Virus genome (UHGV): UHGV-0038498
Origin: a virus
DNA length: 64,000 nucleotides
Direction: 5' to 3' (one strand)
Numbering within the stretch: position 1 is the stretch's first letter; every line of letters starts with the position of its first letter. The position numbers were made by a program, and so were the translations under genes. Positions 55,972-64,000 of the stretch are shown one piece after another. A model generated the notes under the pieces. The model was not told the DNA's origin. It ran no database searches and saw only the letters and a program-made list of their open reading frames with translations.

Positions 55972-56148
55972 ATGCCAATGTATGATTATAAATGCCAATC
56001 CGAAGATTGCGGGCATGAATATGAAAAAATTAAAAAGATTTCTGAACGAGAAAATGATGTTTGCCCTAAATGTCATCGTTTGTCTACTCGTCGGCCTTCT
56101 GCTCCTAAGCATGTGAATGGTGGATTTTACGACTTACTTAAAGGGTAA
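55972..56148 (+). CDS. zinc-ribbon protein (58 aa)
   Basis: YKCQSEDCGH...CPKCH pattern; hand-translated. Confidence 0.5.
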   Translation: MPMYDYKCQSEDCGHEYEKIKKISERENDVCPKCHRLSTRRPSAPKHVNGGFYDLLKG

Positions 56149-56150
56149 TT

Positions 56151-56522
56151 ATGTTTAAAATTGGTAAGAAATATCGCATTCGTGAAGGTGAAGAACAGAA
56201 ATATCTACTTTCTGCTAGTAATAGGAATAGTTCTATTAATGCTGTAATATTGACTAGTGAATTTATCGTTGAAGATATGAAAGGTCATAATGTTACAATG
56301 ATTAGTACAGCATCTGGAAATGATGGAAAAATTCTTCATAGTTGTCAGAGTAATGTTCTAATTTATGATGAAGAATTTGACTTCTTTAAAGAAGTTTCCG
56401 AAGATTTTAATTTTGAATGTACTATTACTATGAAATCTGGTGACCCTCTTTCTTTTACAGTTAAAGATGAAAGAAGTCGCTTGAGAATTATTAGTCTTCT
56501 TCAAGCCATTAAATTTGAGTGA
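56151..56522 (+). CDS. hypothetical protein (123 aa)
   Basis: ORF track. Confidence 0.5.
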   Translation: MFKIGKKYRIREGEEQKYLLSASNRNSSINAVILTSEFIVEDMKGHNVTMISTASGNDGKILHSCQSNVLIYDEEFDFFKEVSEDFNFECTITMKSGDPLSFTVKDERSRLRIISLLQAIKFE

Positions 56523-56526
56523 AATT

Positions 56527-56787
56527 ATGAAATATATTAATCGTTCTATCGCAGCATTAGTATTAGCAGTGTCTTTAGCAGGATGTACTGATGCTGATAA
56601 TGCAACCAAAGTTTTGTCTTCAAGCGGTTTTACTAATATTGAAATCACTGGATACAATTGGTTCGGTTGCTCTGAAAATGATTTCCAACATACTGGATTT
56701 CGCGCTATTGGACCTACCGGGCAGAAAGTAGAAGGAACCGTATGTTCTGGTCTATTCTTCAAGGATTCGACTATCCGTTTTAAATAA
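56527..56787 (+). CDS. predicted lipoprotein (86 aa)
   Basis: Signal peptide with lipobox LAGC; terminator follows. Confidence 0.55.
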   Translation: MKYINRSIAALVLAVSLAGCTDADNATKVLSSSGFTNIEITGYNWFGCSENDFQHTGFRAIGPTGQKVEGTVCSGLFFKDSTIRFK

Positions 56788-56804
56788 AAGGCCTTCGGGC
56801 CTTT
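56787..56804 (+). terminator. intrinsic terminator, UUCG tetraloop
   Basis: AAAGGCC-TTCG-GGCCTTT. Confidence 0.65.
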
Positions 56805-56829
56805 AGCTTTATGATTACCGGAGTATAAT
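56804..56829 (+). promoter_or_regulatory. putative middle promoter (gene 39)
   Basis: TAGCTTTA, 12 bp, TATAAT. Confidence 0.45.
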
Positions 56830-56856
56830 ATTCCCGAAACCAAACGAGGATAAGTG

Positions 56857-58674
56857 ATGATTAAGAATGAAATTAAAATTCTGAGCGATATTGAACATAT
56901 CAAAAAGCGTAGCGGCATGTATATTGGCTCTTCTGCTAATGAAATGCATGAGCGCTTTCTGTTTGGTAAATGGGAAAGTGTTCAGTATGTACCTGGTCTT
57001 GTTAAGCTTATTGATGAAATTATCGATAACTCAGTAGATGAAGGTATTCGTACTAAGTTTAAATTCGCAAATAAAATTAACGTTACTATTAAAAACAATC
57101 AAGTAACAGTTGAAGATAACGGTCGTGGTATTCCGCAAGCGATGGTTAAAACACCTACCGGCGAAGAAATTCCTGGTCCTGTTGCTGCCTGGACTATTCC
57201 AAAAGCAGGTGGTAACTTTGGTGATGATAAAGAACGCGTCACTGGCGGTATGAATGGTGTTGGTTCTAGTTTAACTAACATTTTTTCTGTGATGTTTGTT
57301 GGTGAAACTGGCGACGGTCAAAATAATATTGTAGTTCGTTGTTCAAATGGCATGGAAAATAAATCATGGGAAGATATTCCCGGAAAATGGAAAGGAACTC
57401 GTGTTACTTTCATTCCTGATTTTATGTCATTTGAAACTAATGAGCTATCTCAAGTTTATCTTGACATTACACTAGATCGTCTCCAGACACTTGCAGTAGT
57501 TTATCCTGATATTCAATTTACCTTTAATGGTAAAAAGGTTCAGGGTAATTTTAAGAAATATGCACGCCAATATGATGAGCATGCTATTGTTCAAGAACAA
57601 GAAAATTGTTCTATTGCGGTTGGTCGTTCACCGGATGGTTTTCGTCAATTAACATACGTCAATAACATTCATACTAAGAATGGTGGCCATCATATTGACT
57701 GTGTTATGGATGATATTTGTGAAGACCTTATTCCACAAATCAAACGTAAGTTCAAAATTGATGTAACTAAAGCACGTGTTAAAGAATGTTTGACTATCGT
57801 CATGTTTGTTCGTGATATGAAAAACATGCGATTTGATTCTCAAACTAAAGAGCGTTTGACTTCTCCATTTGGTGAAATTCGTAGTCATATTCAGCTTGAT
57901 GCTAAAAAGATTTCACGCGCTATTTTAAACAATGAAGCAATTTTAATGCCAATTATTGAAGCTGCTTTGGCTCGTAAATTGGCGGCAGAAAAAGCAGCAG
58001 AAACTAAAGCAGCTAAAAAGGCTTCTAAAGCTAAGGTTCATAAACATATTAAAGCGAATCTTTGCGGTAAAGATGCTGACACGACTCTTTTCTTGACTGA
58101 GGGTGATTCTGCTATCGGATATCTTATTGATGTTCGTGATAAAGAACTTCATGGTGGTTATCCATTACGTGGTAAAGTTCTCAACAGTTGGGGTATGTCA
58201 TATGCTGATATGCTTAAAAATAAAGAACTGTTTGATATTTGCGCAATCACTGGATTAGTTCTTGGTGAAAAGGCTGAAAACTTAAATTATCATAATATTG
58301 CCATTATGACTGACGCTGACCATGATGGTCTAGGAAGCATTTATCCTTCTCTGCTCGGATTTTTTAGTAATTGGCCAGAACTGTTTGAACAAGGAAGAAT
58401 TCGCTTTGTCAAAACTCCTGTAATCATCGCTCAGGTCGGTAAAAAACAAGAATGGTTTTATACAGTCGCTGAATATGAGAGTGCCAAAGATGCTCTACCT
58501 AAACATAGCATCCGTTATATTAAAGGACTTGGCTCTTTGGAAAAATCTGAATATCGTGAGATGATTCAAAATCCAGTATATGATGTTGTTAAACTTCCTG
58601 AGAACTGGAAAGAGCTTTTTGAAATGCTCATGGGAGATAATGCTGACCTTCGTAAAGAATGGATGAGCCAGTAG
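56857..58674 (+). CDS. 39: DNA topoisomerase II large subunit gp39, unsplit (39 plus 60 equivalent)
   Basis: 605 aa continuous ORF, MIKNEIKILSDIEHIKKRSGMYIGS; GHKL ATPase motifs. Confidence 0.92.
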   Translation: MIKNEIKILSDIEHIKKRSGMYIGSSANEMHERFLFGKWESVQYVPGLVKLIDEIIDNSVDEGIRTKFKFANKINVTIKNNQVTVEDNGRGIPQAMVKTPTGEEIPGPVAAWTIPKAGGNFGDDKERVTGGMNGVGSSLTNIFSVMFVGETGDGQNNIVVRCSNGMENKSWEDIPGKWKGTRVTFIPDFMSFETNELSQVYLDITLDRLQTLAVVYPDIQFTFNGKKVQGNFKKYARQYDEHAIVQEQENCSIAVGRSPDGFRQLTYVNNIHTKNGGHHIDCVMDDICEDLIPQIKRKFKIDVTKARVKECLTIVMFVRDMKNMRFDSQTKERLTSPFGEIRSHIQLDAKKISRAILNNEAILMPIIEAALARKLAAEKAAETKAAKKASKAKVHKHIKANLCGKDADTTLFLTEGDSAIGYLIDVRDKELHGGYPLRGKVLNSWGMSYADMLKNKELFDICAITGLVLGEKAENLNYHNIAIMTDADHDGLGSIYPSLLGFFSNWPELFEQGRIRFVKTPVIIAQVGKKQEWFYTVAEYESAKDALPKHSIRYIKGLGSLEKSEYREMIQNPVYDVVKLPENWKELFEMLMGDNADLRKEWMSQ

Positions 58675-58708
58675 TTTACTTTACCACAAGGATGTGGTAT
58701 AATTAATT
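58670..58708 (+). promoter_or_regulatory. T4-type early promoter with CCACAAGGATGTGG spacer element
   Basis: GTTTAC...CCACAAGGATGTGGTATAAT, near-identical to 13228-13268. Confidence 0.6.
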
Positions 58709-58728
58709 GGGCAAATGAGGATATTGAA

Positions 58729-58932
58729 ATGAAATCATATAAAGTAAATTTAGAACTTTTTGATAAAGCAGTTCATCGAGAATATAGAATCATTCAACGC
58801 TTTTTCGATATGGGAGAAGCTGAAGAGTTTAAAAACCGCTTTAAGGATATTAGAGATAAAATTCAATCCGACACCGCAACTAAAGATGAACTACTAGAAG
58901 TTGCTGAAGTTATTAAACGCAATATGAATTAA
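58729..58932 (+). CDS. hypothetical protein (67 aa), rIIA.1-like position
   Basis: ORF track; own early promoter. Confidence 0.55.
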   Translation: MKSYKVNLELFDKAVHREYRIIQRFFDMGEAEEFKNRFKDIRDKIQSDTATKDELLEVAEVIKRNMN

Positions 58933-58942
58933 TGAGGAAATT

Positions 58943-61120
58943 ATGATTATCACCACTGAAAAAGAAACAATTCTTGGTAATGGTTCTAAATCAAAAGCAT
59001 TTAGCATTGCAGCAAATCCTAAAGTATTTAAAATTCTGTCATCTGATTTGTATACAAACAAGATTCGCGCAGTAGTCCGTGAATTGATTACCAACATGAT
59101 TGATGCCCATGCTCTCAATGGAAATCCTGAAAAATTTATCATTCAAGTTCCAGGACGATTAGATCCGCGATTTGTTTGCCGAGATTTTGGTCCGGGTATG
59201 AGCGATTTTGATATTCAAGGTGATGATAATTCTCCTGGGTTGTATAATTCATACTTTAGTTCATCTAAGGCTGAATCTAACGATTTCATTGGCGGATTTG
59301 GTTTAGGTTCTAAATCTCCGTTTAGCTATACTGATACATTTAGTATTACTTCATATCATAAAGGCGAAATTCGTGGTTATGTAGCTTACATGGATGGTGA
59401 TGGTCCGCAAATTAAACCTACATTCGTAAAAGAAATGGGTCCAGATGATAAAACTGGTATTGAAATCGTAGTTCCAGTTGAAGAAAAAGACTTTAGAAAC
59501 TTTGCTTATGAAGTTTCTTATATCATGCGACCATTCAAAGATTTGGCTATCATTAATGGTCTTGACCGCGAAATTGATTATTTTCCGGATTTTGATGACT
59601 ATTACGGTGTAAATCCAGAAAGATATTGGCCAGATCGTGGTGGATTGTATGCTATCTATGGTGGTATTGTTTATCCTATCGATGGTGTTATTAGAGACCG
59701 TAACTGGTTAAGCATCCGCAATGAAGTGAATTACATTAAGTTTCCAATGGGTTCACTTGATATTGCTCCATCACGCGAAGCTCTTTCACTAGATGATCGT
59801 ACCCGTAAAAATATTATTGAGCGTGTTAAAGAGCTTAGTGAGAAGGCATTCAATGAAGATGTAAAACGATTTAAAGAATCTACATCTCCTCGTCATACAT
59901 ACCGTGAATTGATGAAGATGGGATATTCTGCTCGAGATTATATGATTAGTAATTCAGTCAAATTTACGACTAAAAATCTGTCATATAAGAAGATGCAAAG
60001 TATGTTTGAACCTGATAGTAAACTATGCAATGCAGGAGTTGTGTATGAAGTAAATCTTGACCCTCGGCTGAAACGCATTAAGCAAAGCCATGAAACTTCA
60101 GCCATTGCATCAAGTTATCGTCTATTTGGTATTAATACAACAAAAATTAATATCGTTATTGATAATATTAAAAATCGTGTTAATATTGTCCGTGGATTAG
60201 CGCATGCGTTAGATGATAAAGAATTTAACAACACTTTGAATATTCATCACAACGAGCGTCTTCTGTTTATTAATCCGGAAGTAGAATCGCAGATTGATTT
60301 ACTCCCTGATATTATGGCAATGTTTGAAAGTGATGAAGTTAACATTCATTATTTGTCAGAAATTGAAGCTTTAGTTAAAAGTTATATTCCGAAGGCAGTT
60401 AAAAGTAAAGCTCCTCGTCCTAAAGCTGCTACTGCATTTAAGTTTGAAATTAAAGACGGGCGCTGGGAAAAAGAGGAACTGTTTACACTTACGTCAGAAG
60501 CAGATGAAATTACTGGTTATGTAGCATACATGCATCGTTCTGATATTTTCTCTATGGATGGTACTACATCGCTTTGTCATCCATCTATGAGTATTTTGAC
60601 TCGTATGGCTAATCTTATTGGCATTAATGAATTTTATGTTATTCGTCCGCTTTTGCAGAAAAAGGTAAAAGAACTTGGTCAGTGCCAATGTATTTTTGAA
60701 ACTCTGCGTGATTTATATGTAGATGCTTTTGATGCTGTAGATTATGATAAGTATGTAGGTTATTCAAGTTCAGCTAAACGATATATTGATAAAATTATTA
60801 AGTATCCTGAACTCGATTTTATGATGAAGTACTTCAGTGTAGATGAAGTTTCTGAAGAATATACTCGCCTTGGTAATATGGTTAGTTCATTGCAGGGTAT
60901 ATATTTCAACGGTGGAAAAGGTACCATCGGTCATGATATCTGGACAGTAACTAATCTTTTTGATGTATTGTCAAATAATGCTTCAAAAAACAGTGATAAA
61001 ATGGTCGTTGAGTTTACCAAGAAATTCCGTATTGTTTCCGACTTCATCGGTTATCGCAACTCTTTAAGTGATGATGAAGTTTCCCAAATCGCTAAAACTA
61101 TGAAGGCCCTTGCGGCCTAA
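58943..61120 (+). CDS. rIIA: rapid-lysis protein rIIA
   Basis: 725 aa, same length as T4 rIIA; N-terminal GHKL-like motif. Confidence 0.93.
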   Translation: MIITTEKETILGNGSKSKAFSIAANPKVFKILSSDLYTNKIRAVVRELITNMIDAHALNGNPEKFIIQVPGRLDPRFVCRDFGPGMSDFDIQGDDNSPGLYNSYFSSSKAESNDFIGGFGLGSKSPFSYTDTFSITSYHKGEIRGYVAYMDGDGPQIKPTFVKEMGPDDKTGIEIVVPVEEKDFRNFAYEVSYIMRPFKDLAIINGLDREIDYFPDFDDYYGVNPERYWPDRGGLYAIYGGIVYPIDGVIRDRNWLSIRNEVNYIKFPMGSLDIAPSREALSLDDRTRKNIIERVKELSEKAFNEDVKRFKESTSPRHTYRELMKMGYSARDYMISNSVKFTTKNLSYKKMQSMFEPDSKLCNAGVVYEVNLDPRLKRIKQSHETSAIASSYRLFGINTTKINIVIDNIKNRVNIVRGLAHALDDKEFNNTLNIHHNERLLFINPEVESQIDLLPDIMAMFESDEVNIHYLSEIEALVKSYIPKAVKSKAPRPKAATAFKFEIKDGRWEKEELFTLTSEADEITGYVAYMHRSDIFSMDGTTSLCHPSMSILTRMANLIGINEFYVIRPLLQKKVKELGQCQCIFETLRDLYVDAFDAVDYDKYVGYSSSAKRYIDKIIKYPELDFMMKYFSVDEVSEEYTRLGNMVSSLQGIYFNGGKGTIGHDIWTVTNLFDVLSNNASKNSDKMVVEFTKKFRIVSDFIGYRNSLSDDEVSQIAKTMKALAA

Positions 61121-61131
61121 TAAGGAAAATT

Positions 61132-62070
61132 ATGTACAATATTAAATGTCTGACCAAAAACGAACAAGCTGAAATTGTCAAACTGTATTCAAGCGGTAAT
61201 TACACCCAACAGGAATTGGCTGATTGGCAAGGTGTATCGGTTGACACAATCCGTCGTGTTTTGAAAAATGCTGAAGAAGCTGAGCGCTCCAAAGTTACCA
61301 TTAGCGGTGACATTACGGTTAAAGTTAATAGCGATACAGCTATCGCTCCAGTTGCTAAATCTGACATTATTTGGAATGCATCTAAAAAATTCATTTCAAT
61401 TACTGTTGACGGTGTAACTTATAACGCAACTCCTAATACTCATTCAAACTTCCAGGAAATTCTTAATCTGCTTGTTGCAGATAAATTGGAAGAAGCGGCA
61501 CAAAAAATTAACGTTCGTCGCGCTGTTGAAAAATATATTTCTGGTGATGTTCGAATTGAAGGCGGAAGCTTGTTCTATCAAAATATTGAATTGCGGTCTG
61601 GTTTAGTTGATCGTATTCTCGATTCGATGGAAAAAGGCGAAAACTTTGAATTTTATTTTCCGTTCTTGGAAAATTTGTTGGAAAACCCGAGCCAAAAGGC
61701 GGTATCTCGACTCTTTGATTTCTTGGTAGCAAACGATATTGAAATTACGGAAGACGGCTACTTCTATGCTTGGAAAGTAGTTCGCAGTAATTACTTTGAC
61801 TGTCATTCAAATACTTTTGATAACAGTCCCGGTAAAGTAGTTAAAATGCCACGTACTCGTGTGAATGACGATGATACACAAACTTGTTCTCGTGGTCTGC
61901 ATGTGTGTTCTAAATCTTATATTCGTCACTTTGGTAGTTCAACCAGCCGAGTTGTAAAAGTTAAAGTGCATCCGCGTGATGTAGTATCAATTCCGATTGA
62001 TTACAACGATGCTAAAATGCGTACCTGCCAATATGAAGTAGTTGAAGACGTTACTGAACAATTTAAATAA
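61132..62070 (+). CDS. rIIB: rapid-lysis protein rIIB
   Basis: 312 aa, same length as T4 rIIB; terminator follows. Confidence 0.92.
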   Translation: MYNIKCLTKNEQAEIVKLYSSGNYTQQELADWQGVSVDTIRRVLKNAEEAERSKVTISGDITVKVNSDTAIAPVAKSDIIWNASKKFISITVDGVTYNATPNTHSNFQEILNLLVADKLEEAAQKINVRRAVEKYISGDVRIEGGSLFYQNIELRSGLVDRILDSMEKGENFEFYFPFLENLLENPSQKAVSRLFDFLVANDIEITEDGYFYAWKVVRSNYFDCHSNTFDNSPGKVVKMPRTRVNDDDTQTCSRGLHVCSKSYIRHFGSSTSRVVKVKVHPRDVVSIPIDYNDAKMRTCQYEVVEDVTEQFK

Positions 62071-62086
62071 GGGCTTCGGCCCTTAA
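62069..62086 (+). terminator. terminator-like hairpin after rIIB
   Basis: AAGGGC-TTCG-GCCCTT; weak U-run. Confidence 0.5.
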
Positions 62087-62098
62087 CTAAGGAAAATT

Positions 62099-62293
62099 AT
62101 GTTAGGTTATCAAGCACGAGTAAAAGAAGAATACGATCAATTAATGCTCAAAATTAATGCACTGAGCAAATTTTTAGAAAGCACAAAGTTTCTAACGATT
62201 AATGAAGTTGAGCAAGAATTACTGCTTTCACAGTTCATCTCAATGAAATCTTACGCAGATTGTTTAGAAAAAAGAATTGCACAATTCAAATAA
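62099..62293 (+). CDS. hypothetical protein (64 aa)
   Basis: ORF track; flanked by terminators. Confidence 0.5.
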   Translation: MLGYQARVKEEYDQLMLKINALSKFLESTKFLTINEVEQELLLSQFISMKSYADCLEKRIAQFK

Positions 62294-62296
62294 AAT

Positions 62297-62320
62297 AAGG
62301 GGCTTCGGCCCTTTTGTTTT
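62297..62320 (+). terminator. intrinsic terminator, UUCG tetraloop
   Basis: GGGGC-TTCG-GCCCC then TTTTGTTTT. Confidence 0.7.
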
Positions 62321-62379
62321 AAGAGAAACTATGATTTATTGTATGAATATCAGTGATTCCGTCGTAAAAGGAAAGTTTA

Positions 62380-62937
62380 ATGCAGAAAACGAATCCGGGT
62401 TTACAGAGACTATTTCACATTCCGGCATTTACCATGTCGAACAGTGACTTGACTAGTGAAATGAAGGTCAAAATTGCTGATACAGCAAGATACTCTTTAA
62501 AACAAAACCCGAACCAGGATAAAGCAGAAGTTATCGAAAGATGCCGTATCGCTGTGTACGCAGAATTTTTTGTAGCAGATTGGTTGAGCGGGTATGTTAA
62601 CAAAGGCCAAGAGGATGTTAATGATCCGTATACATACGCATGGGATGTATTGGCGCATCCAAGATACTGCGGGCTTCGTGTAGAAGTTAAGACACATCAA
62701 ACTGACTCACGTTGGATTTCTGTAACAACAGGATGCAGCGGAGAGTATCCATATGGTTCTGGAATAAATCTAGGGCCCATTCTGAATCATCAGGTCGCTG
62801 ACTGTATAATTATATTCAACACTAAAGAAATTCATCCAGGTGTCATCCAGTACACTCCGAAGTTCATCGGTGATAGAGAAGACCTTCGTAAGGTTGTAAG
62901 AAAAAGCAACTACAACGGATGGTATCTTTCCATTTAA
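62380..62937 (+). CDS. denB: endonuclease IV DenB
   Basis: 185 aa, length and position after rIIB match T4 denB. Confidence 0.75.
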   Translation: MQKTNPGLQRLFHIPAFTMSNSDLTSEMKVKIADTARYSLKQNPNQDKAEVIERCRIAVYAEFFVADWLSGYVNKGQEDVNDPYTYAWDVLAHPRYCGLRVEVKTHQTDSRWISVTTGCSGEYPYGSGINLGPILNHQVADCIIIFNTKEIHPGVIQYTPKFIGDREDLRKVVRKSNYNGWYLSI

Positions 62938-62947
62938 AAATTTTCAC

Positions 62948-62988
62948 AAAACAGTTTACATACCACAAGGACTGTGGTACTATACAAC
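62948..62988 (+). promoter_or_regulatory. early promoter cassette
   Basis: GTTTACATACCACAAGGACTGTGGTACTATACAACTATCA. Confidence 0.6.
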
Positions 62989-63010
62989 TATCAGCTACGG
63001 AGGAGTAAAA

Positions 63011-63274
63011 ATGAAATTTAAATTTTATTACGCTAAACATAAAATAACTGATGAGTTTGTGTCAGTTGAATATTCTAGCGATGATGAAGGTATGATTTAT
63101 ACTCGCTTGGGGCTATCGCACTGGGAGTCTGATACGCCTTATTTTTCAACTCCCGAAGAAATTACACGCTTAGTTAATGGTCATATGAATGACCACTGGT
63201 GTGTAATTCTTTCAGATAGTCTTAAAGCGGCTATTAATAGTAATGAAATGAAAATCGCTGAGATTGAACTATGA
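63011..63274 (+). CDS. hypothetical protein (87 aa)
   Basis: First ATG after promoter cassette with ACGGAGGAG SD. Confidence 0.55.
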   Translation: MKFKFYYAKHKITDEFVSVEYSSDDEGMIYTRLGLSHWESDTPYFSTPEEITRLVNGHMNDHWCVILSDSLKAAINSNEMKIAEIEL

Positions 63275-63454
63275 GTTCATTGTGGTGGTGTTTTATTTGG
63301 TTAATTAGTATTCCATTAATTTGTTTAACATTTACTTTTGTGATGAGGTTATTATGAAAATTTTGAATTCTGTGCTTATTGCTTGTGCGTGGTGGGTTGC
63401 GCAAGTTTCAGCGGTAGTAGTTGGTATTCACATTTATTACGAATATTTTTAAAA

Positions 63455-63495
63455 AAAGTTGTTTACAAGACTGTTCCTCTGTGGTATTATTATCC
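63455..63495 (+). promoter_or_regulatory. early promoter cassette
   Basis: GTTTACAAGACTGTTCCTCTGTGGTATTAT, near-identical to 10250-10292. Confidence 0.6.
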
Positions 63496-63518
63496 TATCA
63501 ACTACGGAGGAACAGAAA

Positions 63519-63632
63519 ATGAAAAAGATTGTTAAAGCTATATGGAATGTAGTTATAATACTAATAGTTTTGAGTATATTCCCAATCGTTTTAATGATTG
63601 ATGTATTAAACGCTTACTTTGGATTTATGTGA
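63519..63632 (+). CDS. small hydrophobic peptide (37 aa)
   Basis: Hand-translated; ATG after promoter cassette with ACGGAGGA SD. Confidence 0.4.
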   Translation: MKKIVKAIWNVVIILIVLSIFPIVLMIDVLNAYFGFM

Positions 63633-63639
63633 GGAAAAT

Positions 63640-63837
63640 ATGAAGCGTAAACGCAGTGCTTTTACATTTATTGAATGGTTTTTCGATAATATTTTTCCGG
63701 CTTTATTCATTTTCATGCTGATTTTTGCCTTAGGTTCAGTTGTAGTTGGAATTTATTTGATGGCAGTTGTCGGAATGGACATTCATCAAAATGGTTTAAA
63801 ATCTGTGGTTGAAACAATTTGGAATGGTGTAAAATGA
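63640..63837 (+). CDS. small membrane protein (65 aa)
   Basis: In-frame ATG of track ORF 63619; hydrophobic core. Confidence 0.5.
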   Translation: MKRKRSAFTFIEWFFDNIFPALFIFMLIFALGSVVVGIYLMAVVGMDIHQNGLKSVVETIWNGVK

Positions 63838-63944
63838 TAAATTTGCTGAGTGGTTGGTTTTATATTCTCATGTTTTACGTTGGTGCAAATTTTCCGTATT
63901 GGATGGGATGGTCAACAACTGCATTTGGATTTTATACTCCCTGA
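63834..63944 (+). CDS. small hydrophobic peptide (36 aa)
   Basis: Hand-translated; ATGA overlap. Confidence 0.3.
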   Translation: MINLLSGWFYILMFYVGANFPYWMGWSTTAFGFYTP

Positions 63945-63952
63945 GGTGAATT

Positions 63953-64000
63953 ATGAAAATTTTTAAAGATGTAAAAGTTGGCGAAATTTTTTGCTTAGAT
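63953..64000 (+). CDS. 5' end of CDS running off window (partial)
   Basis: ATG after GGTG; open to window end. Confidence 0.35.
   Translation, partial: MKIFKDVKVGEIFCLD

Noticed and set aside
56358-56918. 186-aa minus-strand ORF in the six-frame track
   Set aside because: Entirely antisense to three translationally coupled plus-strand genes, a terminator and the start of gene 39; no SD; low-complexity translation; almost certainly spurious
1-64000. tRNA, rRNA, integrase or prophage-boundary features
   Set aside because: By eye I found no cloverleaf-type sequences, no rRNA-like segments and no integrase/recombinase ORFs; the tRNA scan was not exhaustive, and in T4 the tRNA cluster lies outside this interval

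Overview
This 64 kb window is a contiguous block of a T-even (T4-like) coliphage genome: AT-rich, almost every gene on the + strand, densely packed with frequent ATGA/TAATG stop-start overlaps. Recognisable in order are regB, a secreted lytic-transglycosylase-like protein, a TARG1/DarG-like macrodomain protein, tk, rI, a ~10 kb hyperplastic block of hypothetical genes (nucleotidyltransferase-like, P-loop ATPase, four paralogous coiled-coil proteins), nrdC, endonuclease VII (49), nrdD-nrdG-nrdH, gp55, alpha-glucosyltransferase, gp47/gp46, an antisense free-standing HNH endonuclease, rpbA, gp45/gp44/gp62, regA, DNA polymerase gp43, imm, dCMP hydroxymethylase (42), a non-T4-type glycosyltransferase, uvsX, 40, helicase 41, a dmd/spackle-type interval, primase 61, dCTPase 56, soc, modB/modA ADP-ribosyltransferases, dda, dexA, a MotB-like paralogue cluster, an unsplit gp39 topoisomerase subunit, rIIA, rIIB and denB. 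Gene identities rest on my recollection of T4 protein sequences and lengths plus motifs visible in the translations; no database search was run. Regulatory signals are abundant: about 19 T4-type early promoters (GTTTAC-N17/18-TGgTAnnAT), several as near-identical promoter cassettes, MotA-box middle promoters, TATAAATA late promoters, and more than 12 GC-stem/UUCG-tetraloop terminators. Relative to T4 as I remember it, the window lacks the nrdD intron, the gene 39/60 split, dam and T4-type beta-gt, and carries extra accessory genes. No single obvious novel system stands out; the strongest candidates for undescribed function are the macrodomain gene, the coiled-coil paralogue array, the nucleotidyltransferase/ATPase pair, the promoter-cassette-driven envelope module and the antisense HNH insertion.
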